Below, one piece after another: positions 1 to 13,424 of a DNA stretch of 64,000 bases. Position 1 is the first letter of the stretch, and each line of letters opens with the position of its first letter. The notes under the pieces are model-generated. The model was not told the DNA's origin, ran no database searches, and worked only from the letters and a program-made list of their open reading frames with translations. Position numbers and translations under genes: made by a program. This stretch comes from Squalus acanthias (taxonomy: Eukaryota): contig CM059427.1 of the NCBI GenBank assembly GCA_030390025.1, forward strand, positions 186,372,001-186,436,000, read 5' to 3'.

Positions 1-2260
1 TCTACCTCTGCCTTAAAAGTATTCAAAGACTTTGCTTCTACCACCCTCTGAGCAGGAGAGTTCCAAAGACTCATGACCCTCTTTGAGAAAAAGTTTCTCC
101 TCATCTCTGTCTTAAATGGGCGACCCCTTACTTTTAAACAGTGACCCCAAGTTCAAGATTCTCGCACAAGAGGAAACATCCTCTCCACATCCACCCTGTC
201 AAGACCGCTCAGGATCTTATATGTTTAATCAAGTCACCTCTTACTCTTCCAAACTCCAGCGGATACAAGTCTAGCCTGTCCAACCTTTCCTCATAAGACA
301 ACCCGTCCATTCCAGGTATTAGTCTATTAAACCGTCTCTGAACTGCTTCCAATGCATTTACATCCTTCCTTAAATAAGGAGACCAATACTGTACACAGTA
401 CTCCAGATGTGGTCTCACCAATGCCCTGTATAACTGAAGCATAACCTCCCTAATTTTGTATTCAATTCCTCTCGCAATAAACAAAAACATTCTATTTGCT
501 TTCCTAATGACATCTCTCACAAACACGCACACACAGACTCACACATGCACATGCACGCCTCACACATACACAAACATGCACACATGCACATGCACACAAG
601 CGCACTGACACACAAGCACGCACGCACCTACATAGACTCACAAACCCACACATGGAGGCACACATGCACATGAACGAACACACACACACGCACACACTTA
701 CCTCCACACACAAACTCGCATACAGAAACACAGACCCACACACATGCACACACACATGCACACACATACACAGGCAGACACACGAGCACGTGCAGAAATA
801 CACAAAGATGGAATTCAATCCGGAGAAGTGTGCGGTAATGCATTTGGGGAGGGCTATCAAGACAAGGGAATACACAATAAATTGTAGGCTACTGAGAAGT
901 GTAGATGATCAGAGGGACCTTGGAGTGCATGACCACAGATCCCCGAAGGTAGCAGGACAGGTAGATAAGGTGGTTAAGAAGGCATACGGGATACTTTCTT
1001 TTATTAGCTGAGGCACAGAATAGAAGAGCAGGGGGGGTTATGCTTGAACTGTATAAAACTCTAGTTAGGCCACAGCTAGGGTACTGCGTACAGTTCTGGT
1101 CACCACATGACAGGAAAGATATGATTGCACTAGAGAGGGTACAGAGGAGATTTATGAAGTTGTTACCAGGACTGCAGAATATTAGCTATGAGGAAAGATT
1201 GGATAGGCTGGGATGGTTTTCTTTGGAACAGAGGAGGCTGAGGGGGGACTTGATTGAGGTGTATAAAATTATGATGGGCCGAGATAGAATGGATGGGAAG
1301 GACCTAGTTCCACGAGCAGAGAGGTCAATAGCCAGGGGGCATAGATTTAAATTAATTGGTAGAAGGATTAGAAGGGAGTTGAAGAGAATATTTTTCACCC
1401 AGAGCATGGTGGGGGTCTGGAACTCACTGCCTGAATGGGTGGTAGAGGCAGAAACCCTCATCGCATTAAAAAACGACATGGATATGCACTTAAAGTGCCG
1501 TAACCTGCAAGGCTACGCACCAAGAGCTGGAAAGTGGGATTAGGCTGGATAGTTCTTTTTCGACCGGCACAGACATGATGGGTCGAATGGCCTCCTTCTG
1601 TGCCGTTAATTTCTATGATTCTATGACATAAAGCACACATGCGCACAAAGAAACACATGAGCACACACACACTTGTGAGATGCCTGACCTGCCTCAGTAC
1701 TGCTCTGGAGTGTTGGCCTGGATTCTGGGCTTCGTGTTGAAAAACTGCAAACCAGAGATCAACAAGACCCTGGATTGGACGAGCGGTGTCCTACACAACG
1801 AATTGTAGGTTTCTCCCTCAATACTCTATCGTTCCCTCACATTGCCCAAACAGAGCGCACGTTCCACAAGGGCAAACAAAGCTGAAAGACAGAAAGAAGA
1901 AATTTCATTGATATAGCACCTGTCACATCCTCAGCATCTCTGAGTGTTTCACAGTCAATGCTAACTGGCTGCCATGTTGTCCAGATAGAAACAGTGACAA
2001 CACTTCAAAAGCAATTCATTGGATGTCAAGCCGTTGGGGACATCCTGAGGATGTGAAGGGCACATTCTTTCTTTCTAGTTGGACAGTGCCTCCACTAGTG
2101 ACAGTTTACACAGGCAATGTCCATTATAAATGTTGACATAGGAACTTATAATGGGGAAAGATGCCTGGAAATGCATGCAGACATAAGATACAGAGATATG
2201 AAGCACGGACTCTTGCTGTGCGCTGCGTTTGCTCACAACAATATCTTTATTTGTCTTTAG

Positions 2261-2542
2261 ACGCACCACGGAATCTCTCAATTACTTCTCTTGAAACAAT
2301 CAAAGATTTGTCGATCAATATAAATGAAGGGAATTCTACTGTGATACTCTGCTCTGTTGAGAGCTTCCCAGCTTCTAACCTGACGTGGCAACATCTTGGT
2401 GTCACAATGAACAGAACAAGTTCCAAAAACAAGCTGTGGTTGGAGTTTCCTCATGTAACGTCCAAGGTCACTGGAGACTATCAGTGTGTGGCGGAGAATG
2501 AACATGGAGCAGTGGAGAGGGTCATAACCATCACTGTGGAAT
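2261..2542 (+). CDS. Siglec/MAG-like gene A, C2-set Ig exon, repeat copy 1 (phase 1-1)
   Basis: ttgtctttag|ACGCACC...GTGGAAT|gtgagt; 282 nt; (Y)APRNLSITS...VILCSVESFPASNLTW...GDYQCVAENEHG. Confidence 0.9.
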
Positions 2543-4970
2543 GTGAGTGTACAGATACCATCACATATGAACATACACACGAACATTAGGAGCAGGAGTA
2601 GGCCACTCGGCCCCTCGAGCCTGCTCCGCCATTCAATAAGATCATGGCTGATCTGATTATTCCACATTCCCGCCTACCCCCGATAACCTTTCAGCCCCTT
2701 GCTTATCAAGAATCTATCTACCTCTGCCTTAAAAATATTCAAAGACTCTGCTTCTACCGCCCTCTGAGCAAGAGAGTTCCAAAGACTCACGACCCTCTGT
2801 GAGAAAAGTTTCTTCTCATCTCTGTCTTAAATGGGCGACCACTTACTTTTAAACAGTGACCCCAAGTTCAAAATTCTCGCACAAGAGGAAACATCCTCTC
2901 CACATCCACCCTGTCAAGACCGCTCAGGATCTTATATGTTTAATCAAGTCACCTCTTACTCTTCCAAACTCCAGCGGATACAAGTCTAGCCTGTCCAACC
3001 TTTCCTCATAAGACAACCCGTCCATTCCAGGTATTAGTCTAGTAAACCGTCTCTGAACTGCTTCCAATGCATTTACATCCTTCCTTAAATAAGGAGACCA
3101 ATACTGTACACAGTACTCCAGATGTGGTCTCACCAATGCCCTGTATAACTGGAGCATAACCTCCCTAATTTTGTATTCAATTCCCCTCGCAATAAACAAT
3201 AACATTCTATTAGATTTCCTAATGACATCTCTCACAAACACACACACACGGACTCACACACGCACATGCACGCCTCACACATACACACACATGCACACCT
3301 GCACACAAGCGCACTGACACACAAGCACGCACGCACCTACATAGACTCACAAACCCACACATGGAGGCACACATGCACATGATCGAACACACACACACGC
3401 ACGCACACACTTACCTCCACACACAAACTCGCATATAGAAACACAGACCCACACACATGCACACACACATGCACACACATACACAGGCAGACACACGCGC
3501 ACATGCAGAGACACACAAAGATGGAATTCAATCCGGAGAAGTGTGAGGTAATGCATTTGGGGAGGGCTATCAAGACAAGGGAATACACAATAAATGGTAG
3601 GACACTGAGAAGGGTAGAGGATCAGAGGTACCTTGGAGTGCATGACCACAGATCCCTGAAGGTAGCAGGACAGGTAGATAAGGTGGTTAAGAAGGCATAC
3701 GGGATACATTCTTTTATTAGCTGAGGCACAGAATATAAGAGCAGAGAGGTTATGCTTGAATTGTATAAAACACTAGTTAGGCTACAGCTAGGGTACTGTG
3801 TACAGTTCTGGTCAACACATTACAGGAAGGATAGGATTGCACTAGAGAGGGTACAGAGGAGGTTTATGAGGCTGTTACCAGGACTGCAGATTATTAGTTA
3901 TGAGGAAAGATTGGATAGGCTGAGATTGTTTTCTTTGGAACAGAGGAGGCTGAGGGGAGATTTGATTGAGGTGTATAAAATTATGATGGGCCAAGATAGA
4001 ATGGATGGGAAGGACCTAGTTCCACGAGCAGAGAGGTCAATAACCAGGGGGCATAGATTTAAATTAATTGGTAGAAGGTTTCGAGGGGAGTTGAAGAGAA
4101 TATTTTTCACCCAGAGTGTGGTGGGGGTCTGGAACTCACTGCCTGAATGGGTGGTGGAGGCAGAAACCCTCATCGCATTAAAAAACTACTTGGATATGCA
4201 CTTAAAGTGTCGTAACCTACAAGGCTACGCACCAAGAGCTGGAAAGTGGGATTAGGCTGGATAGTTCTTTTTCGACCGGCACTGACATGATGGGTCGAAT
4301 GGCCTCCTTCTGTGCCGTTAATTTCTATGATTCTATGACATAAAGCACACATGCGCACAAAGAAACACACGAGCACACACACACTTGTGAGTTGCCTGAC
4401 CTCCCTCAGTACTGCTCTGGAGTGTTGGCCTGGATTCTGGGCTTCGTGTTGAAAAACTGCAAACCAGAGATCAACAAGACCCTGGATTGGACGAGCGGTG
4501 TCCTACACAACGAATTGTAGGTTTCTCCCTCAATACTCTATCGTTCCCTCACGTTGCCCAAACAGAGCGCACGTTCCATAAGGGCAAACAAAGCTGAAAG
4601 ACAGAAAGAAGAAATTTCATTGATATAGCACCTGTCACATCCTCAGCTTCTCTGAGTGTTTCACAGTCAATGCTAACTGGCTGCCATGTTGTCTAGATAG
4701 AAACTGACAACACTTCAAAAGCCATTCACTGGCTGTCAAGCCGTTGGGGACATCCTGAGGATGTGAAGGGCACATTCTTTCTTTCTGGTTGGACAGTGCC
4801 TCCACTGGTGATAGTTTACGCAGGCAATGTCCATTATAAATGTTGACATAGAAACTTATAATGGGGAAAGATGCCTGGAAATGCATGCAGACATAAGATA
4901 CAGAGATATGAAGCACGGACTCTTGCTGTGCGCTGCGTTTGCTCACAACAATATCTTTATTTGTCTTTAG

Positions 4971-5252
4971 ACGCACCACGGAATCTCTCAATTACTTCTC
5001 TTGAAACAATCAAAGATTCGTCGATCAACATAAACGAAGGGAATTCTATCGTGATACTCTGCTCTGTTGAGAGCTTCCCAGCTTCTAACCTGACGTGGCA
5101 ACATCTTGGTGTCACAATGAACAGAACAAGTTCCAAAAACAAGCTGTGGTTGGAGTTTCCTCACGTAACGTCCAAGGTCACTGGAGACTATCAGTGTGTG
5201 GCGGAGAATGAACATGGAGCAGTGGAGAGGGTCATAACCATCACTGTGGAAT
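4971..5252 (+). CDS. Gene A, C2-set Ig exon, repeat copy 2
   Basis: Same AG/GT boundaries, 282 nt, open frame, both Ig cysteines and the Trp retained. Confidence 0.9.
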
Positions 5253-7682
5253 GTGAGTGTACAGATACCATCACATATGAACATACACACGAACATTAGG
5301 AGCAGGAGTAGGCCACTCGGCCCCTCGAGCCTGCTCGGCCATTCAATAAGATCATGGCTGATCTGATTACTTCACATTCCCGCCTACCCCCGATAACCTT
5401 TCACCCCCTTGCTTACCAAGAATCTATCTACCTCTGCCTTAAAAATATTCAAAGACTCTGCTTCTACCGCCCTCTGAGCAAGAGAGTTCCAAAGACTCAC
5501 GACCCTCTGTGAGAAAAAGTTTCTCCTCATCTCTGTCTTAAATGGGCGACCACTTACTTTTAAACAGTGACCCCAAGTTCAAAATTCTCGCACAAGAGGA
5601 AACATCCTCTCCACATCCACCCTGTCAAGACCGCTCAGGATCTTATATGTTTAATCAAGTCACCTCTTACTCTTTCAAACTCCAGCGGATACAAGTCTAG
5701 CCTGTCCAACCTTTCCTCATAAGACAACCCGTCCATTCCAGGTATTAGTCTAGTAAACCGTCTCTGAACTGCTTCCAATGCATTTACATCCTTCCTTAAA
5801 TAAGGAGACCAATACTGTACACAGTACTCCAGATGTGGTCTCACCAATGCCCTGTTTAACTGGAGCATAACCTCCCTAATTTTGTATTCAATTCCCCTCG
5901 CAATAAACAATAACATTCTATTAGATTTCCTAATGACATCTCTCACAAACACACACACACGGACTCACACACGCACATGCACGGCTCAGACATACACACA
6001 CATGCACACCTGCACACAAGCGCACTGACACACAAGCACGCACGCACCTACATAGACACACAAACACACACATGGAGGCACACATGCACATGATCGAACA
6101 CACACGCACGCACGCACACACTTACCTCCACACACAAACTCGCATACAGAAACACAGACCCACACACATGCACACACACATGGACACACATACACAGGCA
6201 GACACACGAGCACATGCAGAGACACACAAAGATGGAATTCAATCCGGAGAAGTGTGAGGTAATGCATTTGGGGAGGGCTATCAAGACAAGGGAATACACA
6301 ATAAATGGTAGGCTACTGAGAAGGGTAGAGGATCAGAGGGATTTGGAGTGCTTGACCACAAATCCCTGAAGGTAGCAGGACAGGTAGATAAGGTGGTTAA
6401 GAAGGCATACGGGATACTTTCTGTTATTAGCTGAGGCATAGAATATAAGAGCAGAGAGGTTATGCTTGAATTGTATAAAACACTAGTTAGGCTACAGCTA
6501 GGGTACTGCGTACAGTTCTGGTCAACACATTACAGGAAGGATAGGATTGCACTAGAGAGGGTACAGAGGAGGTTTACGAGGCTGTTACCAGGACTGCAGA
6601 ATATTAGCTACGAGGAAAGATTGGATAGGCTGGGATTGTTTTCTTTGGAACAGAGGAGGCTGAGGTGAGATTTGATTGAGGTGTATAAAATTATGATGGG
6701 CCGAGATAGAATGGATGGGAAGGACCTAGTTCCACGAGCAGAGAGGTCAATAACCAGGGGGCATAGATTTAAATTAATTGGTAGAAGGTTTCGAGGGGAG
6801 TTGATGAGAATATTTTTCACCCAGAGTGTGGTGGGGGTCTGGAACTCACTGCCTGAATAGGTGGTGGAGGCAGAAACCCTCATCGCATTAAAAATCTACT
6901 TGGATATGCACTTAAAGTGTCGTAACCTACAAGGCTACAGAACAAGTGCTGGAAAGTGGGATTAGGCTGGATAGTTCTTTTTCGACCGGCACAGACATGA
7001 TGGGTCGAATGGCCTCCTTCTGTGCCGTTAATTTCTATGATTCTATGACATAAAGCACACATGCGCACAAAGAAACACACGAGCACACACACGCTTCTGA
7101 GTTGCCTGACCTCCCTCAGTACTGCTCTGGAGTGTTGGCCTGGATTCTGGGCTTCGTGTTGAAAAACTGCAAACCAGAGATCAACAAGACCCTGGATTGG
7201 ACGAGCGGTGTCCTACACAACGAATTGTAGGTTTCTCCCTCAATACTCTATCGTTCCCTCACGTTGCCCAAACAGAGCGCACGTTCCATAAGGGCAAACA
7301 AAGCTGAAAGACAGAAAGAAGAAATTTCATTGATATAGCAGCTGTCACATCCTCAGCATCCCTGAGTGTTTCACAGTCAATGCTAACTGGCTGCCATGTT
7401 GTCCAGATAGAAACAGTGACAACACTTCAAAAGCCATTCATTGGCTGTCAAGCCCTTGGGGACATCCTGAGGATGTGAAGGGCACATTCTTTCTTTCTAG
7501 TTGGACAGTGCCTCCACTGGTGACAGTTTACACAGGCAATGTCCATAATAAATGTTGACATAGGAACTTATAATGGGGAAAGATGCCTGGAAATGGATGC
7601 CGACATAAGATACAGAGATATGAAGTACGGACTCTTGCTGTGCGCTGCGTTTGCTCACAACAATATCTTTATTTGTCTTTAG

Positions 7683-7964
7683 ACGCACCATGGAATCTCT
7701 CAATTACTTCTCTTGATACAATCAAAGATTCATCGATCAATATAAAAGAAGGGAATTCTACTGTGATACTCTGCTCTGTCGAGAGCTTCCCAGCTTCTAA
7801 CCTGACATGGCTACATCTTGATGTCACAATGAACAGAACAAGTTCCAAAAACAAGCTGTGGTTGGAGTTTCCTCACGTAACGTCCAAGGTCACTGGAGAC
7901 TATCAGTGTGTGGCGGAGAATGAACATGGAGCAGTGGAGAGGGTCATAACCATCACTGTGGAAT
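7683..7964 (+). CDS. Gene A, C2-set Ig exon, repeat copy 3
   Basis: Same boundaries, 282 nt, open; (Y)APWNLSITSLDTIKD...; followed by a CR1-free intron. Confidence 0.9.
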
Positions 7965-8327
7965 GTGAGTGTACAGATACTTTCACATTTCTCTAAATAG
8001 AAACAAATTCATATCTACGGGACATTGCGAATTTTACAATGTACATTACATCCTATCGCATGAGCATAAACTCACAAACAAATACACACACACAAATGCA
8101 CATACTTGCATGCACACACATGCACACAAACACGTGCACTCACACACGCACACAGTACTGCATGGGAGTGTTGGCCTGGATTCTGGGCTTTGTGTTGAAG
8201 CACTATAATGAGATCAACAAGGCCCTGGCCAAGACGAGCAGTGTCCTGCACAACGAATTGTAGGTTTCTCCCTCAATACTCTATCATTCCCTCACATTGC
8301 CCAAACAGAGGGCACGTTCCACAAGGA

Positions 8328-8401
8328 GACTGGAGACTATCAGTGTGTGGCTGAGAATGAACAGGGAGCTGTGGAGAGCGCCATAACCATCACTGTGGAA
8401 C
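8328..8401 (+). pseudogene. 5'-deleted remnant of another copy of the C2 exon
   Basis: Encodes GDYQCVAENEQGAVESAITITVE|gtgag but lacks the acceptor and 5' three-quarters; fused directly to intron sequence at ...ccacaagg. Confidence 0.85.
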
Positions 8402-9061
8402 GTGAGAGTACAGATACTTTCACTTCTCTCTAAATAAAAACAAATGAATGTCTACGGGAGACTGTGGAATTTACGAAGTCTATGAGACGCACTCGGCCAT
8501 GCTTAAACACACACATACACTCTCCGCCTCTCCACCTCTCTCTCTTCTTTAAGACTCTCCTTAAAACCTACCTCGTTAACTAAGCTTTTGGTCAGCTGTC
8601 CTAATACCTCCTTAGGTGGCTCAGTGCCAAATTTCCTCTGAGCGTCTTAAAAGAGGAGAGCGAGGCGGAGAGGTTTAGGCAGGCAATTCTGGAGCTTAGG
8701 GCCTAGGCGGCTGAAGACACAGCCGCCAATGGGGGAACGAAGGGTTCGGGGATGCACAAGAAGCCAGAATTGGAGGAATGCAGAAACCTCAGAGGGTTGT
8801 ATGGCTGGAGGAGATTACAGAGTTAGGGAGGGGTGAGGGCCATGGAGGGATTGGAACACGAGGATGAGAATTTTTAATTCGAGGCATTGCCGGACCGGGA
8901 GCCAATGTAGGTCGGGGGCAACAGGGGGTGATGGGTGAATGAGACTTAGGAAGAGGCAGCAGAGTTTTCGGATGAGCTGAAGTTTATGGAGGGTGGAAAA
9001 TGGGAGGGCTGGTCGGAGAGTGTCAGAATTTCCTGCTGACTCTCCTGTGGTCTTGTTCCAG

Positions 9062-9337
9062 ATCCACCCAAGGAGACGACAGTGGCCATCAGCGGAGCCA
9101 TGGGCGGAATAAGAGAGGGAAGCAACATCACGTTAACCTGCTCCAGTGAAAGCGTCCCCCCTGCATCTAGTTACGCCTGGTTCAGGATCGATGGAAACAC
9201 GAATGCCCAGTTAAACACAAGCACTCGGTCCGTCTACTTCGGTCACGTGACACGGGCGAATGATGCCAGTTTCTACTGCACAGCAAGAAACCCATTGGGT
9301 AACGGCACATCCACCATTGTACGTCTGAGTGTGGAAT
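9062..9337 (+). CDS. Gene A, C2-set Ig exon
   Basis: ttccag|ATCCACCC...GAAT|gtaagt; 276 nt; (Y)PPKETTVAIS...ITLTCSSESVPPASSYAWF...ASFYCTARNPLG. Confidence 0.9.
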
Positions 9338-9920
9338 GTAAGTAGTTCACTATCTCTGTCTCTTATTAAAACTCAGGCACTGCCTGTCTGTGAAGAGCTT
9401 ACTTCCTGTCATCACCTTTCCAGTGTCCACTTTTCCTGTTGTGTCCAGTGTCCACACTTATAATGGGCACTACCTATGTAAACGTCATGCTGTAATTACA
9501 TCCTCCCACCAGTGAGCGATTAAAATCGGGAGTGCTTAGGAGCGCCAAATTGGAGGAGCGCAGAGATCTCGGATGGTTATAGGGCTGGAGGAGGTTACAG
9601 AGATAGAGAAGCGCGAGGAGACCAGGGAAGGATTTGAAAACAAGGATGAGAATTTTAAAATCGAGGCGTTGCTGAACCAGGAGCCAATGTAGGTCAGCAA
9701 GCAACCGGGGGTGATGGGTGAACAGGACTTATGCGAGTTCATCACGGGCAGCGGAGTTTTAGATGACCTCAAGTTATGGAGGATGGAAGATGGGAGGCCG
9801 GCCAGGATTTCTTTGGAATAGGCAAGTCTAGAGGTAACAAAGGCATGGGCAGTGTAATGTTCTATCTTACGGTCTAACGGTGCTATGACGTCGCCAAATT
9901 TGTTGTTCTTACTCCCTCAG

Positions 9921-10214
9921 ATAAGCCGGAGATTTCCCCCAAGTCAGAGTGCACTCGGAGGGCCGTTGGCGTCATCTGTGTCTGCGCGGCCAGATCCAAC
10001 CCACCCGGAGACCTCACCTGGCACCTCCCCCTCGCCAACATCAGCAGAAACCAATCGAGTGGCCATTTCGTGGCATGGCAGATCAGCGCTGGGCAGCTGG
10101 TGACGAGCTCCCTGACCCTGCTTGGACGCCAGGGTGAGGAGGAAGTGACGGTCTTCTGCTCGGTTAGAAACCGGCACGGAGAAGCCATGTTCAAGGTGTA
10201 CCTGTGGGTCAAAG
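9921..10214 (+). CDS. Gene A, membrane-proximal Ig exon (MAG/Siglec-4 domain 5-like)
   Basis: ccctcag|ATAAG...AAAG|gtgaga; 294 nt; (Y)KPEISPKSECTRRAVGVICVCAARSNPP...VTSSLTL...VFCSVRNRHG resembles the MAG D5 pattern SxC...CxCxxxSNP...TSxLTL...CxxxNxxG. Confidence 0.88.
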
Positions 10215-10399
10215 GTGAGAGCACCTCTCGGGATCATTTTCCTTCAGCCGTTTAGATCCCCACGCTCTGGAATTTCCTCCCTCAACCTCTCTGCCTTTCT
10301 CTCTCTACCTCCTTCAAGATGCTGGAACTCATTCCCCCAAAAAGATGTTGAGGCTGGGGGTCAATTTAAAATGAAAATAAATTACACAAACTAGTGTTG

Positions 10400-10940
10400 T
10401 ATTGGAGTACTGAGTGAGTTCTGGGCACCACACCTTAGGAAGGATATATTGGCCTTGGAAGGAGTGTAGCGTAGATTTACCAGATTGCTACTTGGAATCC
10501 AATGGTTAAATTACGAGGAGAGATTACACAAACTAGCGTTATATTCCCTGGATTTTGGAAGATTAAGGGGAGATTTTGTCGAAATTTTCAAGATATTAAG
10601 GGGAACTGATAGGGTGTATACAGACAAACTATTTCTGCTGGTTGGTGAGTCTAGAACTAGGGAACATAGCCTAAAAATTAGAGCCAGGCCTTTCAGGAGT
10701 GAAGTTACGAAACACTTCTACACACAAAGGGTGGTAGAAGTTTGGAACTCTCTTCCGCAAACAGCAATTAATGCTTGTTCAATTGTTAATTTTAAATCGG
10801 AGATTGATAGAATTTTGCTACCCAAAGGTATTCAAGGGTTTGGGGCAAAGGCGGGTAGATGGAGTTAGGTCATAGATCAGCCATGATCTCATTGAATGGC
10901 GGAACAGCCTCAAGGGGCTTAATGACCTCCTCCTGATCCT
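10400..10940 (+). mobile_element. CR1 LINE 3' fragment
   Basis: ORF 10485..10868 (YEERL...RLRGD...FYTQRVV..WNSLP) plus CR1 3' UTR. Confidence 0.85.
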
Positions 10941-11670
10941 GTGTTTCTTCCTATGGTCCTATGTGGCTCAGTGTAAAATTTTGTCTGATTTACGTTCCTG
11001 TGAAGCACCTTGGGATGTTTTAGTACATTACAGGCTCTATATGAATGCAAGTTATTGTTGTCTGATACAAGGCAGCTGATTATTGCATCAGTCAGAGCTC
11101 CCCAAACATTGCAGAATGGTCCCAGGGATGAGAGACTTCAGTGATGTGGAGAGACTCGAGAAGCTGGAATTGTTCTCATTTGAGCAGAGAAGGTTAAGGA
11201 GAGATTTAATCAAGGTGTTCAAAATAATGAGGGGTTTTAATAGAGTAGATAGGGAGAAACTAGTGGTCGACTAATATTACATCTTTAGATATTACACGTA
11301 TAGATGTTATATATCTATGTTATATAGATGTTATAGTGGTTCACTACTGTCCATTTAGGGAAAGAAACCTGCCGTCCTTACCCGGTCTGGGCCTACATGT
11401 GACTCCAGTCCCACACCAATGTGGTTGACTCTTAACTGCCCTCTGAAGTAGACACTCAGTTTGTATCAAAACAATTACCAGCGGTTCAAGAAGAAGGCCC
11501 ATCACCACCTTCTCAGGGCAACTAGCGATGGGCAATAAATGCCGGCCTTGCCAGCGACGCCCACATCCCGAGAATGAATTGTCAAAAATTGAGCGAGTGT
11601 GTCGCTTCTCGCGGTACATCAGAGCACCGTTCTCAAACTGTACTGCAGTAATTAATGGCTGTTTTTACAG

Positions 11671-11767
11671 GTGGAGACTCCAATGAATGGCAAATAGGAT
11701 TGCTTGTTGCTGGGATCATATTGAGTGTTGAACTGGCTGGATTCTTAATCTTCAAGTATGTGCGAAA
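11671..11767 (+). CDS. Gene A, transmembrane exon
   Basis: ttttacag|GTGGAG...CGAAA|gtaagt; GGDSNEWQIGLLVAGIILSVELAGFLIFKYVRK; phase 1-2. Confidence 0.85.
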
Positions 11768-13243
11768 GTAAGTGCAAAGGTTTAATTTTGTTTTTTTTCT
11801 CCAAATCTTTACTCCAATCTTCTCTCCTTAAGTCGGTGATTGTTTCCCTCAGTGCAGCACCAGATGCCACTCCCGTAAGCGGCCCCTGTGTCCCCTATGT
11901 TTTGGAGTGCGCCTTGCACAGCCCAGTATCGAGGTGAATGCTGACGAGACCCAAGGATCCCTCACTCTGCACGCTAGCTGCTGGACTGTATCAGATCACC
12001 TTGTGATTTGGCAAATCCACAGTGACTACATCTTGATAACCAATTCATGGGCTGGGAAGCAATTGGGATGTCCCGAGGATGTGATAAAATAACTGCACAT
12101 CCATATGTTCTTTCTTTCTCTCTCTGATTTTGATTTACAAGGATGATACCAGAACTGAGAGGTTATAACTATCAGGAAAGACTGAACAGGCTGGGCCTGT
12201 TTTTTCTAGAAAAGATAAGGCTGAGGGGTGACCTGATACAGGTCTTTAGATAATGACCTGGTTTGATAGGATAGGCGTAGAGAGGATGTTTCCATTTATG
12301 GTGGAGACCAGAACTCGGGGCCATAAATATAAGACAGTCACTAATAAATCCAATTGGGAATTCAGGAGAAACTTTCTTTATCTAGAGAGTGGTGAGAATG
12401 TGGAACTTGCGACCACAGGGAGTGGTTGAGGCGAATAGCGTAGATGCATTTAAGGGGAAGCTAGATAAGCACACGAGGGAGAAAGGAATAGAAGGATATA
12501 CTGATAGGGTGAGATGATCTAGGGTGGCAGGAGGCTCATGTGGAGCATAAACACCGGCATGGACCAGTTAGGCAGAATGGCCTGTTTCTGTGCTGCAGAC
12601 TCGATATAATTCTATCCAAAGTGAGATACCAGAAGATGAATTTTTTTTTGTTGATAGGGTGAGATGAAGAGGGGTGGCAGGAGGCTCGTATGGAGCATAA
12701 ACACCGGCACGGACCAGTCGTGCCAGTTAAGGGGAGGTTTAACAGAGGCGATCAAAATCATGAGTGGTTTTGATCGATTAAATAAGCAGCAACTGTTTCC
12801 ACTGGAGGAGGGTCGTTAACCAGAGGACACAGATTTACGGTCATTGGCAAAAAAGCCAGAGGGGTAGATGAGGAGAAATATTTCTACACAGCGAGTTTTT
12901 GTGATCTGGAATGCACTGCCTGAAAGGGCGGTGGAAACAGACTCAATAGTAACTTTCAAAAGGGAATTGGACACATACTTGAAAAGGAAAAATTTGCAGG
13001 GCTCTGTGAAAAGAGCAGTGGGGAGTGGGACTAATTGGAGAGCTCTTACAAAGAGCCGGCACAGGCATGTTGGGGCAAACGGCTTCCCTCTGTGCGGTGT
13101 GATTCTATCATTATATGTGTGTGGACAGAAGCCATTTAAAGAGACAGTGCAGTAGTTGCTGTAACGTTACAGCGGGGTCTGTGTCTGTCCGGCACTGACA
13201 CTCTGATATATGATAACCACAGTGCGATATTCTGCTATTTCAG

Positions 13244-13325
13244 GAGAAAGACAGCGACTGAGGAGAGAGCTTCAGAGCCCAGTGACCTTGCAATGACCTC
13301 CAGTGCACTCTCTGTGAAGCACCAG
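13244..13325 (+). CDS. Gene A, first cytoplasmic exon
   Basis: tatttcag|GAGAAAG...CACCAG|gtacag; phase 2-0 links the TM and last exons in frame (RKTATEERASEPSDLAMTSSALSVKHQ). Confidence 0.75.
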
Positions 13326-13424
13326 GTACAGGAGCTGTTTGAACTTAGTCCAAAGCCTCAATCTCAGCGTGTAGACAACACGTGTCACAGATTCCCAGTT
13401 GGGTTTCCCACGAATTTCTGCCTA

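Larger units (their letters stand above)
1..7980. repeat. ~2.71-kb tandem segmental repeat, about 3 units visible and continuing left of the window. Each unit = CR1(-) fragment + CA-rich tract + CR1(+) fragment + intron + C2-Ig exon
   Basis: Near-identical blocks recur at offsets 2710/2712 (exon starts 2261, 4971, 7683; ORFs 209..532, 2924..3247, 5635..5958 almost identical). Confidence 0.95.

Noticed and set aside
504-875. Cys/Val- or His/Thr-rich ORFs (also ~3220-3700 and ~5930-6300)
   Set aside because: Translations of degenerate (CA)n tracts.
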